From an uncultured delta proteobacterium (GTDB lineage Bacteria > Desulfobacterota > Binatia > UBA9968): DNA of 64,000 nucleotides. Shown piece after piece: positions 22,977 through 34,553 of the stretch. The notes below the pieces were generated by a model. The model worked only from the letters and a program-made list of their open reading frames with translations, was not told the DNA's origin and made no database searches. The position numbers were made by a program, and so were the translations under genes. The first letter of the stretch is position 1; the number at the start of each line of letters is the position of its first letter. The stretch is taken from assembly GCA_963745835.1 (NCBI GenBank), contig CAVUZH010000016.1:32001-96000 (forward strand). The letters are read 5' to 3'.

Positions 22977-23767
22977 TTATCCGCGTTTACCTTCGGCCGC
23001 GAGTAAGCGAGCAAAATCCTGGGCCGCCTTCGGTTCAGCGCGCCGGTGCACGCTCGCGCTGATTTCGCGATTGCGCAGCAATCCCACAAGCCTTTCTGAA
23101 TAACAAACCCGCACCAGCTCATTGCGCGCTTTCGCTTTTTCCCCGGCATGAAGATCGTGCAGCGCTTGGGCAACCTCCGGGCCGGAGGCCCAGGATGCTC
23201 TGAAGACAAGCAACCCTTCCTTGTTGATGATGAACACTCCATTAGCTGAGCCTCGATAAACGTTTCGGACTGTATTCTCCGGGGTATCCACGAGTATGTG
23301 AAATGCAACTTTCTCTTCCTTCTTCAGCCGCAGAGCATTCTTCACGCGCTCCTCAATGGTGGTGGGCTGGAGAATATTTTCTCCCGGATGCGGTTCCCTG
23401 GTATAAACTAGGAAGAATTTGAAACCTTTTTTCTTATATTGAGCGTGCAGGGAGCGGATCGACGGACCTCCCGCTCTGAGTTGGGCGACCGTGGCGCCGC
23501 AGGTCACGCTGCCAACATCAAAACCACGTAAGACTTGCCACGAAATCTAGAGAGCCGGACTATTTTTCCGCCGAGATCGAGCAATGAAAAATCCGGAGCT
23601 TCTGTCCCGACTCGGACGTCGTGCACGTTGAAACGTAAAGCGCCTTCTAAACGATGCGCCGGAAACCTGTCGAGCGTCGCCGTTTTGTCTTTGATTGGCC
23701 GCCTCTTCTGTTTTGCCGGGCGCCCCCCCGCACAACGTACTCGCGCCAGTGCGACACAGGCGATCAA
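22977..23767 (-). CDS. thioredoxin-fold deiodinase-like/redoxin protein (1-nt frameshift near 23515; start uncertain)
   Basis: APDFSL..VVLM(F)GSVTCG..FFLVYTREPHPGE after restoring one T. Confidence 0.7.
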
Positions 23768-24133
23768 GCGTCGGCCACCGGACGCGCCACCCAGGGGGCG
23801 CTGATTACCTGGAACGCTATACTATGATTGGTGTTGGCCCATCTAGGTTGACCAAGCTCATGCCTCCTTCGCTGAAGGCCAGGATTTGGGGCTTCAGTAC
23901 CACAATCGGATCGCGTACCACAATCCCAAGCCGCTTGTCAGGGCGCCGTCCAATCCGGATAAAGCCATGCTGGTCTCTCCTGACAAAATCCCTATTGATT
24001 CTGTCTATTGACAGAAAAGATTGCAGATACTAAGCGTACAGCGAAGAAGCAGACAGAGCTTAGAGCCAGGCCGCACCAGTGCAACTCCATACTGAACGAT
24101 CAGCGGATTGCGAGCCAGGCATCGGGGAAGGAT

Positions 24134-25285
24134 ATGGCAAGAAACGGTTTCAAGATCCTCGATAGCGATATGCATGTTTTCGAGCCGCATGATCTTTATT
24201 TGAAGTACATGGACCCCAGATGGGGCGATCGTATACCACGAGGCGAGCCGAGAAAAAGACACGGCCAGATTAAGTTTACCTATGCCGATGGCAAGCCGAT
24301 TCGGCCATCAGGCACGCAGGTCTTGACCACCACTTCGCCAAAGACCGATCCGGCAGAGAGCGCGCCGGGAGAGGCCGAAGTGGCTCATCGTTATGGAGAT
24401 CCTTTTAAACGGGACTACGATGCTATCTCTCAGCTGGGCGCGATGAACGAAGAAGGACTCGACGTCGCGGTTCTGTTTCGCACGTTTCCGCTCCATTGCG
24501 ATGACAGTCTTGAGCCGGAGTACGCCAACGATCTTTGCCGCGCGTGGAATGATTGGATGGCGGATTTCTGCAAAGCCGATCCGAAAAGGCTGCGGCCATC
24601 GGCGCTGATCACTCTGCACGATGTCGATTTGGCCGTCGATGAAACTCGCCGGGCGGTTACGCAATTGGGGGCGATCGGTTTATGCCTCGTCCCCGAGCCC
24701 GCTAACGGCCGCCATATTCACGATCGCTATTACGATCCCGTTTGGCGCGAAGCGGAAAAGCTCGGCGTGCCGATTTGCTTCCATCCGGCCGCAAATCCTA
24801 ACACCGAACAGGTAGTTCACCGATTCAAGGGACACGCCAATGAAGCCGTGCTGATCAATGCGTTCCGCAATCCGGTGGAATTGATGCTTGCTGTGGGCAG
24901 CTTCTGCGCCGGCGGTGTTCTAGAGCGGTTTCCTCGATTGCGCGTCGCTTTCCTCGAGGGAAACTGCGGCTGGCTCCCCTGGGTACTTTACCGCTTGGAC
25001 GAAAGATGGGAGCTCAGGAAGAGTTATACCAACGAGCCCCTCAGCACAAAACCAAGCGATTACTTTATGCGCCAGTGTTTTATTTCGGTGGATGTTGAAG
25101 AAGATCTGGTCGGTGACGTGATCAGAAGAATTGGCGACAACAACGTGGTGATCTCCACCGACTATCCGCACGCGGACTCCCACTGGCCCGACGCGGTGAA
25201 TCACTTTATGGCGATGGAGATGCCAAGCAGCGCGAGAAGGAAGATTCTCTGGGATAATTGCGCGCGGCTTTATGACGTGAACTAA
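24134..25285 (+). CDS. amidohydrolase_2 family protein
   Basis: MARNGFKILDSDMH, AWNDW, FLEGNCGW, STDYPHAD. Confidence 0.9.
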   Translation: MARNGFKILDSDMHVFEPHDLYLKYMDPRWGDRIPRGEPRKRHGQIKFTYADGKPIRPSGTQVLTTTSPKTDPAESAPGEAEVAHRYGDPFKRDYDAISQLGAMNEEGLDVAVLFRTFPLHCDDSLEPEYANDLCRAWNDWMADFCKADPKRLRPSALITLHDVDLAVDETRRAVTQLGAIGLCLVPEPANGRHIHDRYYDPVWREAEKLGVPICFHPAANPNTEQVVHRFKGHANEAVLINAFRNPVELMLAVGSFCAGGVLERFPRLRVAFLEGNCGWLPWVLYRLDERWELRKSYTNEPLSTKPSDYFMRQCFISVDVEEDLVGDVIRRIGDNNVVISTDYPHADSHWPDAVNHFMAMEMPSSARRKILWDNCARLYDVN

Positions 25286-25317
25286 ATGCACCAACGCGGA
25301 AGAATACTTTGGAGCCG

Positions 25318-25542
25318 CTACTTCTTGACAAAGAGCTTTGTAAATAAGCGTTCGGATTCGCGCAACCCCTCATCCGTTAACCTCACGGACTTCGCTTTGC
25401 CGACAGGATTAGAAATAAAACCCTTCTCATGGAGCCGGCTCATTGTATCCCAATCGAAGCTCTTCCAGGCCCTCTCATCATGAAGTGTTAAATAGAGTAG
25501 CGCGAGAACCGCCTCGTCGATCTTTTCTGTATCGAAATCCAT
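25318..25542 (-). CDS. DUF6429 family protein
   Basis: KIDEAVLALLYL..RAWKSFDW..RLHEKGFISNP..KAKSV. Confidence 0.8.
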   Translation of the reverse strand: MDFDTEKIDEAVLALLYLTLHDERAWKSFDWDTMSRLHEKGFISNPVGKAKSVRLTDEGLRESERLFTKLFVKK

Positions 25543-25608
25543 TGTCCCCACGTAGCCGAAGAGGCGATGCGCGCTGAATTGGTGATATCTGATTCCAGGT
25601 CAGCGATG

Positions 25609-26644
25609 CTAACCTAGCGCCGGCCTCACCTGCCGCGCGAACCGTTCCATCGACTTGAGAACTTTCTGCTGATTCAAGCCGCCGAAGTGAAACGTTAAAC
25701 CGATATGGGTCGTGCCGACGCACTTGAATTACCTTTTTGATGATGTGTGCACAAGTTTCCGGCCCACCGAAGACTCCACGGGCATCTCGCACCATCGCGT
25801 CGTAATCGAGATGCCCAAAAAGACGTTGGTAGGCTTCACTGTTGGGGTCGAGATTGAGAGCAGAAAGTGCAAATCCGCGCCATCGATTCCAATGCTCGAT
25901 AACCTCAACGCGGGCAGCCCGATCATCGGCTGCGACATATGCCGGATACATCACAAAAACATCTTTATCTTCCACGCTGTGGCCTGCCTCACGCAATGCG
26001 TCCCGATACTCTTCGATGCGTGGACGTTGTATTTCATTACTGGCAATCCATGGCAATGTCAGTAGGTGATGGCCCCGACGGCCGACCATCTGAAAGCTTT
26101 CAGGATCTTTGTGTGCCGTAACATAAATCGGTGGGTGCGGTTTCTGTAGCGGTTTGGGGTAAACCGTGAGCTTGGGAAAAGTGTACTCCTTGCCTTGCCA
26201 CTCGAATTCTCCGCCTGTCCACGCCTGCATTATAATATCGAGCGCTTCGGGCAATCTCTGCTGGGCCGTTTTCCAATCGGCATTAAATACCATGTACTCA
26301 GTCGGGTGCATCCCTCGTCCAGCGCCAAAATTGACCCGACCTTTTGAAAGAAGGTCGACCATCGCAAATTCTTCCGCGATACGCAGGGGGTTATGCATCG
26401 GCACAATCGACACCGCAGCGCCGAGGCGCATTTTTTTTGTTCGTTGCGCCGCTGCGGCAAGAAGCACCGGAGGGCTCGGCATCATGCCCCCGAAATAACG
26501 AAAATGATGTTCGGTCACCCATAGTGAATCAAAACCTAAGCTCTCCGCTAAATCGATCTGCTCGAGCCAGTGCGTATAGAGCTCGGGGCTTTCGCCATCG
26601 AGTTCCGGCACGTAAGTGTTCAAAAGGTAATAACCAAATTTCAC
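25609..26644 (-). CDS. LLM-class flavin-dependent oxidoreductase (frameshift near 25720)
   Basis: GTG start with AGGAGG RBS; GFDSLWVTEHHF, NPLRIAEE, GRVNFGAGRG, PKPLQKPHPPI. Confidence 0.88.
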
Positions 26645-26806
26645 GGATGCGACCTCCTGCTTGTCAGAAACTGATCCAATCATTACATTTCATATCGCCT
26701 CGCAATCAACGCGAAGACAGCGATAAGCACATGCGATGAGCGCGCTATGATTCACGACATCAACTTCCAGAATATCGTCCATGGCTTGTAGCCCTCGCTG
26801 AGAACT

Positions 26807-27838
26807 CTAAGTGCCATGCGATTGCGCTTTGAACCCGGCGACGGTTGCCCGCCAGCCGTCTTCATTCTCGCCGGGTACGATCGGGAAATAGTAGCTCACC
26901 CGATCCAATAAGCCATCATATTTTTGCAGTACTTTTCTCGGGAGCTCGGCCCAGGCGCCGCGCAGTGCGAAGGCATCGAGCATGGTATCGGTAACAAGCG
27001 ACGGCATGCCATCCCATTGGCCGCGCGCCGCCAAGTTCCTCAGCTGCTCGGCGGTTTCACCCCAACCTTCGATCTCAAACACCGGCCGGTACGGCGGCGT
27101 ACTGGCATAGAATGCAATCTGCTGGCGAATCTCGGACTCGTAGCGCGGAACTTGGTTTGGATCATCCGTTGGGATAACAAAGATACTGCTCGACAGCTCG
27201 ATAGTTTGGCGCTCCCGGCCGCCCTTTCTCAACCCGAGTTGAATATGCGGCGAGATGATTTCTTGAAGATAACGGGTCGTGTGCAGCGGATGAACGTGAA
27301 AGCCCTGGCACAACTCGCCGGCGAGTTGGCACATGCGCCGGTTCACTCCGGCAATATAGATCGGGATCAGATGGTATTCATGCGGCTGTGGACTAAAGAA
27401 TGGAGTCATCAAAGTCAGCTTAAAAAACTCGCCCTGAAAGTTCAGCCTGGTGCCATTTTGCCAGCAATCCCAGATGGCCCTCAAGGCCAAGATCACCTCG
27501 CGCATTTTTTCTACCGGCCTTTCCCATTTAACACCGAAGCGCCGCTCGTTGTGCCCTTTTACTTGGGTGCCTAATCCCATAATGAAGCGGCCCTTGGAAT
27601 AACGCGCCAGATCCCAAGCGGTGTAGGCTAAGATGGCCGGACTGCGGGCGAATGCTACGGCGATACTTGTTCCCAGGCTCAGGTTTCGGCTATGCTCCGC
27701 GGCGAGAACCAGCGGCAGGAACGGCTCATGGGCGGTTTCGAAAGTCCATAGTCCGTCGAACCCCGCTTCATCTGCAAAGCGCGCCAGCGCCGGCATTTGG
27801 CGCAGATCGTGAACTAGCAGGCTGGCATCAATCTTCAT
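26807..27838 (-). CDS. TIGR03617-like probable F420-dependent LLM oxidoreductase
   Basis: ETAHEPF, IAVAFARSP, GLGTQVKGH, LMTPFF, QIAFYASTPPY. Confidence 0.85.
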   Translation of the reverse strand: MKIDASLLVHDLRQMPALARFADEAGFDGLWTFETAHEPFLPLVLAAEHSRNLSLGTSIAVAFARSPAILAYTAWDLARYSKGRFIMGLGTQVKGHNERRFGVKWERPVEKMREVILALRAIWDCWQNGTRLNFQGEFFKLTLMTPFFSPQPHEYHLIPIYIAGVNRRMCQLAGELCQGFHVHPLHTTRYLQEIISPHIQLGLRKGGRERQTIELSSSIFVIPTDDPNQVPRYESEIRQQIAFYASTPPYRPVFEIEGWGETAEQLRNLAARGQWDGMPSLVTDTMLDAFALRGAWAELPRKVLQKYDGLLDRVSYYFPIVPGENEDGWRATVAGFKAQSHGT

Positions 27839-28013
27839 CGCATACCATCCAAAGCTGCTCCCGCTTAGCAATAAAGCGCAAAGCTGAAATCTCGCACTTG
27901 GTCTTCACACTAGCATCAAAGCGGGAACGATCCTTGACTAAGATTATCTAACCAATACAATTGCTCCCGGCCATACTCGAGAACCAACAACTGGATAAAG
28001 GACGTCAATAGGC

Positions 28014-28997
28014 ATGAAAATACCTTTTTTTAAAGCATTCCTTTTTAGCCTAGTGTCCATTGCGCTGCTGATCACGCCGGCCTCGCTCAGAGCTCAAGAT
28101 AGGCCGTCTCCGGAAAAAGTCCGCATCGCGGTCGCCACTAGCTCATTGGCTTTTCTCGTCCCCTTCGTCGCCAAGGATCGCGGATTTTATCTGAAACATG
28201 GCGCAGATGTGGAACTTATACAAATGCGTCCGAATATTGCGATGGCTGCGCTAATCAGCGGCGATATCGATTATGTCGAGCTTATTGGCTCAATAATTCG
28301 ATCCTCGGCGAAAGGTCTGCCGGTCAAGGCGATCTCTACTAGCATCAAAGCACCGTTCTTTAGCATCGTCGCCCAACAAAAATATAAAACGATGAAAGAC
28401 CTGAAAGGCGCTATCATCGGCCTCACCTCCATCGGCGGCACAAACCACGTTAGCACACGCCTGACCCTCAAGCATTTCGGCATGGATCCTGAGAAAGACG
28501 TCAAGCTCCTGGCCATCGGTGACGAACGACTCATGTACGACGCCTTCAAAATTGGACGCGCCGATGCGGTCGTCGTTGCGCCGCCTTTTTCCGTCTTGCT
28601 AAAGCGCGAAGGTTTCCCGCTCCTGGCTCATACCGCGCAGTATGTCACCATCCCGTTTTCCGGCCTCGGCACAACCAACGACAGAATTAAAAACAGCCGG
28701 CCGCAAATTAAAAAATTGCTCAAAGCCGAAATCGAAGCTCTGCGATTCATTCAGGCCAGCGCCCAAGGGACAAGCGAGGTCATTCGCAAGCGTTTCAACA
28801 TGGACGAAAAATTGGCGCGTGAATCTTACGATGTGGTGGTCGATGCCTACAGCCGCGACGGCCGCGTGCCCCTGGACGGCGTCGACATCTTGCTGCAGAT
28901 CGAAAAGGACGCAAAACAAATCGCTCCGACAGTCACGCCGCAGATGGTCGTCGAACCGTCATTGATCGAAGAGGCGTTGAAGGAGCTGGGACGGTAG
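28014..28997 (+). CDS. SsuA/NMT1-like solute-binding protein
   Basis: Signal peptide; VAKDRGFY, KDLKGAIIGLTSIGG. Confidence 0.85.
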   Translation: MKIPFFKAFLFSLVSIALLITPASLRAQDRPSPEKVRIAVATSSLAFLVPFVAKDRGFYLKHGADVELIQMRPNIAMAALISGDIDYVELIGSIIRSSAKGLPVKAISTSIKAPFFSIVAQQKYKTMKDLKGAIIGLTSIGGTNHVSTRLTLKHFGMDPEKDVKLLAIGDERLMYDAFKIGRADAVVVAPPFSVLLKREGFPLLAHTAQYVTIPFSGLGTTNDRIKNSRPQIKKLLKAEIEALRFIQASAQGTSEVIRKRFNMDEKLARESYDVVVDAYSRDGRVPLDGVDILLQIEKDAKQIAPTVTPQMVVEPSLIEEALKELGR

Positions 28998-29186
28998 CCC
29001 TGTCGAGCATCGATCGTGATTCGGACATTTTCCATTCGCCACTCGAATTTGTCTCGCCCGATTGTTTCAAACAATCATTAACGACTAGTAGATCTACCCT
29101 GATGGCTGCTGTGGAACAGGATCCGTCGATGTAGTAAATGCCGGCGGCCGGAACGATCCCTACGTGTTCGGCAAGGAGTCGCGACG

Positions 29187-30401
29187 ATGGCCACGAGAAA
29201 AAATAGAACAATCACGGATGCCGACTTGGCCCGGGTGGGGCCGGACACTCCTGCAGGACAGTGGCTCCGTCGTTACTGGTTAGCGATCTCCCGTGCCGAA
29301 GACCTCAAAGACATTCCTCTCGGAGTCAAGATTCTTGGCGAAGAGTTGGTGCTGTTTCGCGATGATCGGCAGCGGCTCGGTCTATTGGGCAGACACTGTG
29401 CACACCGCGGCTCGTCACTGGAATACGGGGACATCGAGTGCGGCGGCATTCGCTGCCCGTATCATGGTTGGCTTTATGACGTCGAAGGCCAATGTCTCGA
29501 GCAACCCGCGGAACCCAAAGACAGTAAATTTCATTTGAAGGTTAAACAGCTTTGCTATCCGGTGAAGGAACTCGGAGGTCTCATCTTCGCTTACATGGGT
29601 CCCGACAGGAAATCCCCCCCGCCCTTGCCTAGATACGCAACGCTGGTGCGCAATGACGGAAAGCTCTTCCACGAAGCGACTCGTCAGTACGATTACAACT
29701 GGTTCAATTTCTTTGAGAATGCACCAGACGTCACTCATCTATCGATCCTGCACAAAAACAGCGGCTACGGAAAACAAACCTGGGGTAACAATTTTTTTAA
29801 TTATCATGACATTCCGCCTTTCGAACCCGTTGAGACGGAGTTCGGCGTGAAGGCGGTTTCGCGAAAACCCGGCCCGACGCCGGATACGGAATATGTCCAT
29901 GAGCTCGGCGCCTTTTTACCCGGCATTCTCGATCTCGGCAGCGTGAACAGTACCGGCAGCGAAGAGCCTGACAATGAGCATACGATCTTTCTCACGCCTA
30001 ACGACGACGATCACTTCATGTTGTTTTCCATCGATTACTATACCGGTTCCGATCCGGATTTTTTCGATAAAATAATGGCAAGGCGTTACGGACCCGCCAG
30101 AAAAGAGGAGCCCAAGGAGTACGACCGGCGCAAGTACAAAGCATGGAAAAGCAGCATCGCACTGGAAGATATCGTGACGCAGGAGACGCAGGGGACTCTG
30201 GGGACGCGTCACGAACAACTCGGTTACGCGGACCGGGGCGTGATCATGTTGCGCCGGATGGTCCGCGAAGCAATCGCGACGACGCTCGAAGGTGGAAGAC
30301 CCAAAGGAGTTTTCAGCGACAAAGAAACCGACAGGATCATTGATTTTGGCTGCTTTACGGGGATAAAGCCGAAAGCGACTACAACAGGGCGACGTAAATG
30401 A
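29187..30401 (+). CDS. Rieske non-heme iron oxygenase (phthalate 4,5-dioxygenase-like alpha subunit)
   Basis: CAHRG..CPYHG Rieske motif; ENAPDVTHLSILH mononuclear Fe motif. Confidence 0.88.
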   Translation: MATRKNRTITDADLARVGPDTPAGQWLRRYWLAISRAEDLKDIPLGVKILGEELVLFRDDRQRLGLLGRHCAHRGSSLEYGDIECGGIRCPYHGWLYDVEGQCLEQPAEPKDSKFHLKVKQLCYPVKELGGLIFAYMGPDRKSPPPLPRYATLVRNDGKLFHEATRQYDYNWFNFFENAPDVTHLSILHKNSGYGKQTWGNNFFNYHDIPPFEPVETEFGVKAVSRKPGPTPDTEYVHELGAFLPGILDLGSVNSTGSEEPDNEHTIFLTPNDDDHFMLFSIDYYTGSDPDFFDKIMARRYGPARKEEPKEYDRRKYKAWKSSIALEDIVTQETQGTLGTRHEQLGYADRGVIMLRRMVREAIATTLEGGRPKGVFSDKETDRIIDFGCFTGIKPKATTTGRRK

Positions 30402-30471
30402 AGCGACCGCGCGATCTGCGCGACGGCAAGGTAAATCGGATCGCAAGGTACATGAGGAAGAGGTTATTCTT

Positions 30472-31507
30472 ATGGTGAAACAGACAAAACCGATCATTCG
30501 CGCTGGTTTTCGCCGCGACGCTTGTGATCGTTTCGGGAGCAACCGCGCGCGCGCAAGATACTTACAAAGACAAAACTCTTACTTTTATCGTCGGCTATTC
30601 GCCGGGCGGCACCTACGATCAATATACCCGGCTGATCGCGCGCCACATCGGCAAGTACCTGCCCGGAAATCCCAGCGCAATCGTCGAGAACATGCCCGGC
30701 GCCGGCGGCATCATTGCGGCCAATCATCTTTACAACCGAGCGAAACCGGACGGACTAACCATCGCCGCCTGGGCATCACCGCTGATCCTCCAACAGATCA
30801 TGGGCAATGAAGCGATCAAATTTGATGGTCGCAAAGTTGGTTGGGTTGGTATCCCCGGCCCTTACGATACCGCCTGTCACTTCAGCCAGGAAAGCGGCAT
30901 CAGAACGGTGGATGACTGGTTTGCGGCCAAACGACCGATAAAGATTTCTTCGATCGGACCGGGAACGAGCCTTTCCGATGTTCCCAAGCTTCTGAAGGCC
31001 GCACTCAACCTGCCGCTGGAGATGGTCGAAGGCTACAAAGGCGGCGCCGAGGCTAGGTTGGCGGTTGAAAACGGCGAGGTCGATGGCTTGTGTGCTTCAT
31101 GGCAGGCAACGAAGGTCTCCTGGCGCAGTCAGATAGAGTCGGGAAAAATCCGTGTCGTATTACAGGCGACTCAAAAATCGCATCCTGACCTCACAAACGT
31201 TCCGCTAGCGATGAATTACGCCAAGACCGAAGAGGCCCGAACACTTCTGCGTGTTGCAGACAACGTACACGTCTACCAATTTCCGTATTCCGTAGCGCCG
31301 GGTACGCCGCCCGAGCGCCTGCAAGTTCTTCAGCAAGCTTTCGTCAAAACACTACGCGATCGTGAGCTAGTGGCGGAGGCCGATAAGGCCCAGTTAGAAG
31401 TCGAACCGATCGATGGAGCGACCACGGCCAAGACATTCGCAAGTCTCTATGAACTGACACCGCCGCTGATCGCTAAATTAAAGGACCTTTTGATACCGAA
31501 ACGATAG
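30472..31507 (+). CDS. tripartite tricarboxylate transporter substrate-binding protein (TctC/Bug)
   Basis: VGYSPGGTYD, ENMPGAGG, PDGLTI, GYKGG..GEVDG; frameshift in the signal-peptide region. Confidence 0.88.
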
Positions 31508-31657
31508 GCACACGGCTCGAGAGTGCTGGCTAGTGCGATTTCTTTGTGGTCTTCGCCTCTTGGCGTGAGTGACTACAGGAGAGTCCGTCGCCTGCGGCAA
31601 AGCTGCGAAAGAATGCCAAGGGTCCGTGGTAATTCCGACAGGAGGACGCGGCGCAGA

Positions 31658-32534
31658 ATGAAAAAGGATCGTCGTTACCGGTGGCAGCGGTAGGTTGGGA
31701 CAGTTCGTCATTCGTGAGTTGCTGGCCCACCGTTACGAGGTTCTCAGTCTCGACAAAGTGGCGCCGCGGGAAAAATTGTGTTCGACCTGGATCGCCGACC
31801 TGCGCCACGCCGGGGATCTGTTCGAAGCGACCAAAGGCGCCTACGGTATTGTCCATCTCGGCGCCTATCAAGCGCCCAATCTCGCGTCGGATGCCGAGAC
31901 CTTTAGCAATAACGTGACCGCGACTTACAACCTGCTGCGCGCCGCTGCTGATTTAGGCGTAAACAAAGTCGTGATCGCGTCGAGCACCGCGGCCTTCGGT
32001 TTCATCTATGCGAAAAATCTTGGAGCGCCGGATTATCTGCCGCTCGATGAAAGTCATCCGTCCAAGCCGCAGGACGCTTACGGTCTTTCCAAAGTTGTCG
32101 GCGAGCAGATCGCCGATTCCATCGCGACGGTACATAAAGGAATGACGATCAGCAGCCTGCGCTTTCCCGGAGTGAACTTCGATCTCTCCTACGCGAGCTT
32201 TAGGGACAGGTGGCTTAACCCGCCGGCGCGGGCGAGTGGTTTTTGGACCTATATCGACGCGCGCGACGCTGCGATGACCTGCCGATTAGCCTTGGAAGCA
32301 AATTTTCGTGGACACGAAGTCTTTATAGCGTCGGCACCGAACAACTGTATGATACAACCAACCTTGGAACTCATCAGAAAGTATCTCCCAAAGGGCGCAA
32401 AAATAAAAAAGGTATCCGGCTCACATTGGAGCTGCGTAGATTCAGCAAAAGCCAAGCGAATACTTGGATTCAAGCCGAACCACGTTTGGCAGGATTATCT
32501 GAAACAGGAGCAAAAACTTGCTACTTCCCGATAA
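31658..32534 (+). CDS. NAD-dependent epimerase/dehydratase (extended SDR)
   Basis: (MKK)IVVTGGSGRLG after a frameshift; YGLSK catalytic motif. Confidence 0.85.
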
Positions 32535-32617
32535 CGCAGGTCTCAGCGAATTTCAAATTGCTGTTCGTTTTAGATTCGCTTCCTTGAGCATTCGGCTCCT
32601 CGGTTGAATTGTTGGAA

Positions 32618-34220
32618 CTAACCCCCAAGTTTCTTTACCGGAACCCGTTGCTGTGAACGCTTCTCGCCGGTCTCGTAGTGTTCTCCCTTGACGGCCGCCT
32701 GCGCTTCCGCTTCATCCTCATCCGACCACAAACCCAGATTGTATCCGAACCACGGGTCTTGCGGCTTGAGCTTGGGCAATTCCAGACGTTCCCATAGCTG
32801 TTTAGCGCGTTCCATATATTCTTTTTTCGGCAGCGACACCGGTGGATAATCCCACTTGCGTGTCGCATCGATCAGCATCGCAGAAGCGCCGGCCAATTCG
32901 TTTAATGAGTTGTCCAATTCTTTGCCCGGCGGAAATACAGACGGATCCATTTGCGGCGTGCGATTGCGAATGATCAAAACATCGCGGTGTGGCTGCATCC
33001 GAAAGGCCAAAGCCCAGAAAAGAGAATCGAGATTGCGCGGGTTGATATCTTCGTCGACGGCGATCACCATCTTGCCCGTGGCGGGATTGTAACCCACCAT
33101 GCTGTGCAGCGCCTGCCAGACGTGCGCCTGGTTGATCTTTTTCATTTTGATCACACAAATCTGCCGCACGGCGATGCTGTGAAAGGCGACTTCGACGATC
33201 CCTGGGATGTTACATTGGTCCCGCAGAAAGCGCAGATAGTTTCCTTCAGCGGCAACCTGACGCATGACGCTCGACTCGCTAGGCGGCATCTGGCTGATGA
33301 TAGTGGCGAAGATCGGCTTTTTGCGGTGCGTGATGCACTTCACCTCGAAATAAGGATTGAGCAATCGTTCGGCAATGTAACCGGTGGACTCGCCGAACGG
33401 GGCTTCCGGCTCCAAGAACTCCGTGGAGATTTCACCTTCGATTACAATTTCGGCGTTCGCCGGCACGAGCAATGTCATGGGTGATGCACTTGACGACTTC
33501 AATCGGCGCGCCGGCAAGGCCGCCGGCGATATCGAGCTCGCTTACGCTAAACGGCACTCGAGCCGGCGCGGTATAGGCCACCGATGGCGGGGCCCCGATG
33601 ACCAAAGCGGCTTGTAGGGGTATGCCGCGCTCCTGGCATTTGCGCCAATGATAGCCGCCGTGATTGCTCGAGCTCAGAAACACACCAGTGCGGATCGGAC
33701 TCTTGATATGACCGCGGTAGTTGCCGATGTTGATCAGTCCGGTCTCGGGATCTTTGGTAAACCAATGCGACGCGGTAGTGAAAGGCGCGCAGTCGTAACC
33801 CGGCGTTGAAATCGGAATCGGAAATTCACCCAGGCCGCCCTTTTCCAGCAATGACGCCCCCATGTGAACTTCTTCGTGCACCGGTGCGTTCTCGACGACC
33901 TTCGGCGCGATCGGCTGGCTCTGCGCTTTGCTCCAACGCTCGACGATCTCCTCTGGCTTGCACTGCAATCCGAAGCCGTAAATTTGTCGCGAAGCGGCCA
34001 AGGTTCCGACCACCACCGGGATGTCGTACTTGCGTCCTTTGACATCAATGACGTTAGTAAACATGAACGCACGCCGTTCTTCTTCGGAAAGCCCGCGAAA
34101 CTGCCAGCGCACCAGCGGCATGAGCTCGGTGTCCTTATTGATTTGCTCATCAATCGTGACCAGCAATCCCGCTTGGTCCAGCGCCGCGATGTGCTCTCTC
34201 AAGTCCTTAAAATATCCCAT
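32618..34220 (-). CDS. UbiD-family prFMN-dependent (de)carboxylase (frameshift near 33470)
   Basis: DLREHI, NIGNYRG, VPANAEIVIEG, EAPFGESTG, QMPPSES, IDATRKW. Confidence 0.9.
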
Positions 34221-34324
34221 ACCCAGTCTCCTTAACCTTACTTTAGTCACTGGTGATATTTGATTTCCCGCTGGAAAGCCAGGGCAACAGGAGCGACAAT
34301 GGGCCTGAGGCTCGCCCGAAAATC

Positions 34325-34428
34325 TGTCACCCTGAGCGCCAGCGAAGGGTCTGCTTTTTGCGCCGTATTTTGTCTAGCCCAACCGAAACGCAAGCAGATT
34401 CTTCGTCGCTCCGCTCCTTACAATGACA
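34325..34428. repeat. REP-like extragenic paired inverted repeat
   Basis: TGTCACCCTGAGCGCCAGCGAAGGGTCT..AGATTCTTCGTCGCTCCGCTCCTTACAATGACA imperfect hairpin arms. Confidence 0.65.
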
Positions 34429-34553
34429 CGATGACAGATACGGCAAGGTTAGGGGTCAGTGGATTTACTTTGCGCGATTTCCTCGGCGCGGGATGTTCGG
34501 ATTTGGTTGTGGCTGCACCGTCTGGGTTTGTTGTTGTAGAGGGTTCGAATTTC

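Noticed and set aside
23504-23506. In-frame TGA at the deiodinase-like active site as selenocysteine
   Set aside because: Readthrough in that frame gives non-homologous sequence; the family motif FGSVTC appears in the shifted frame with Cys as TGC, so this is a 1-nt deletion
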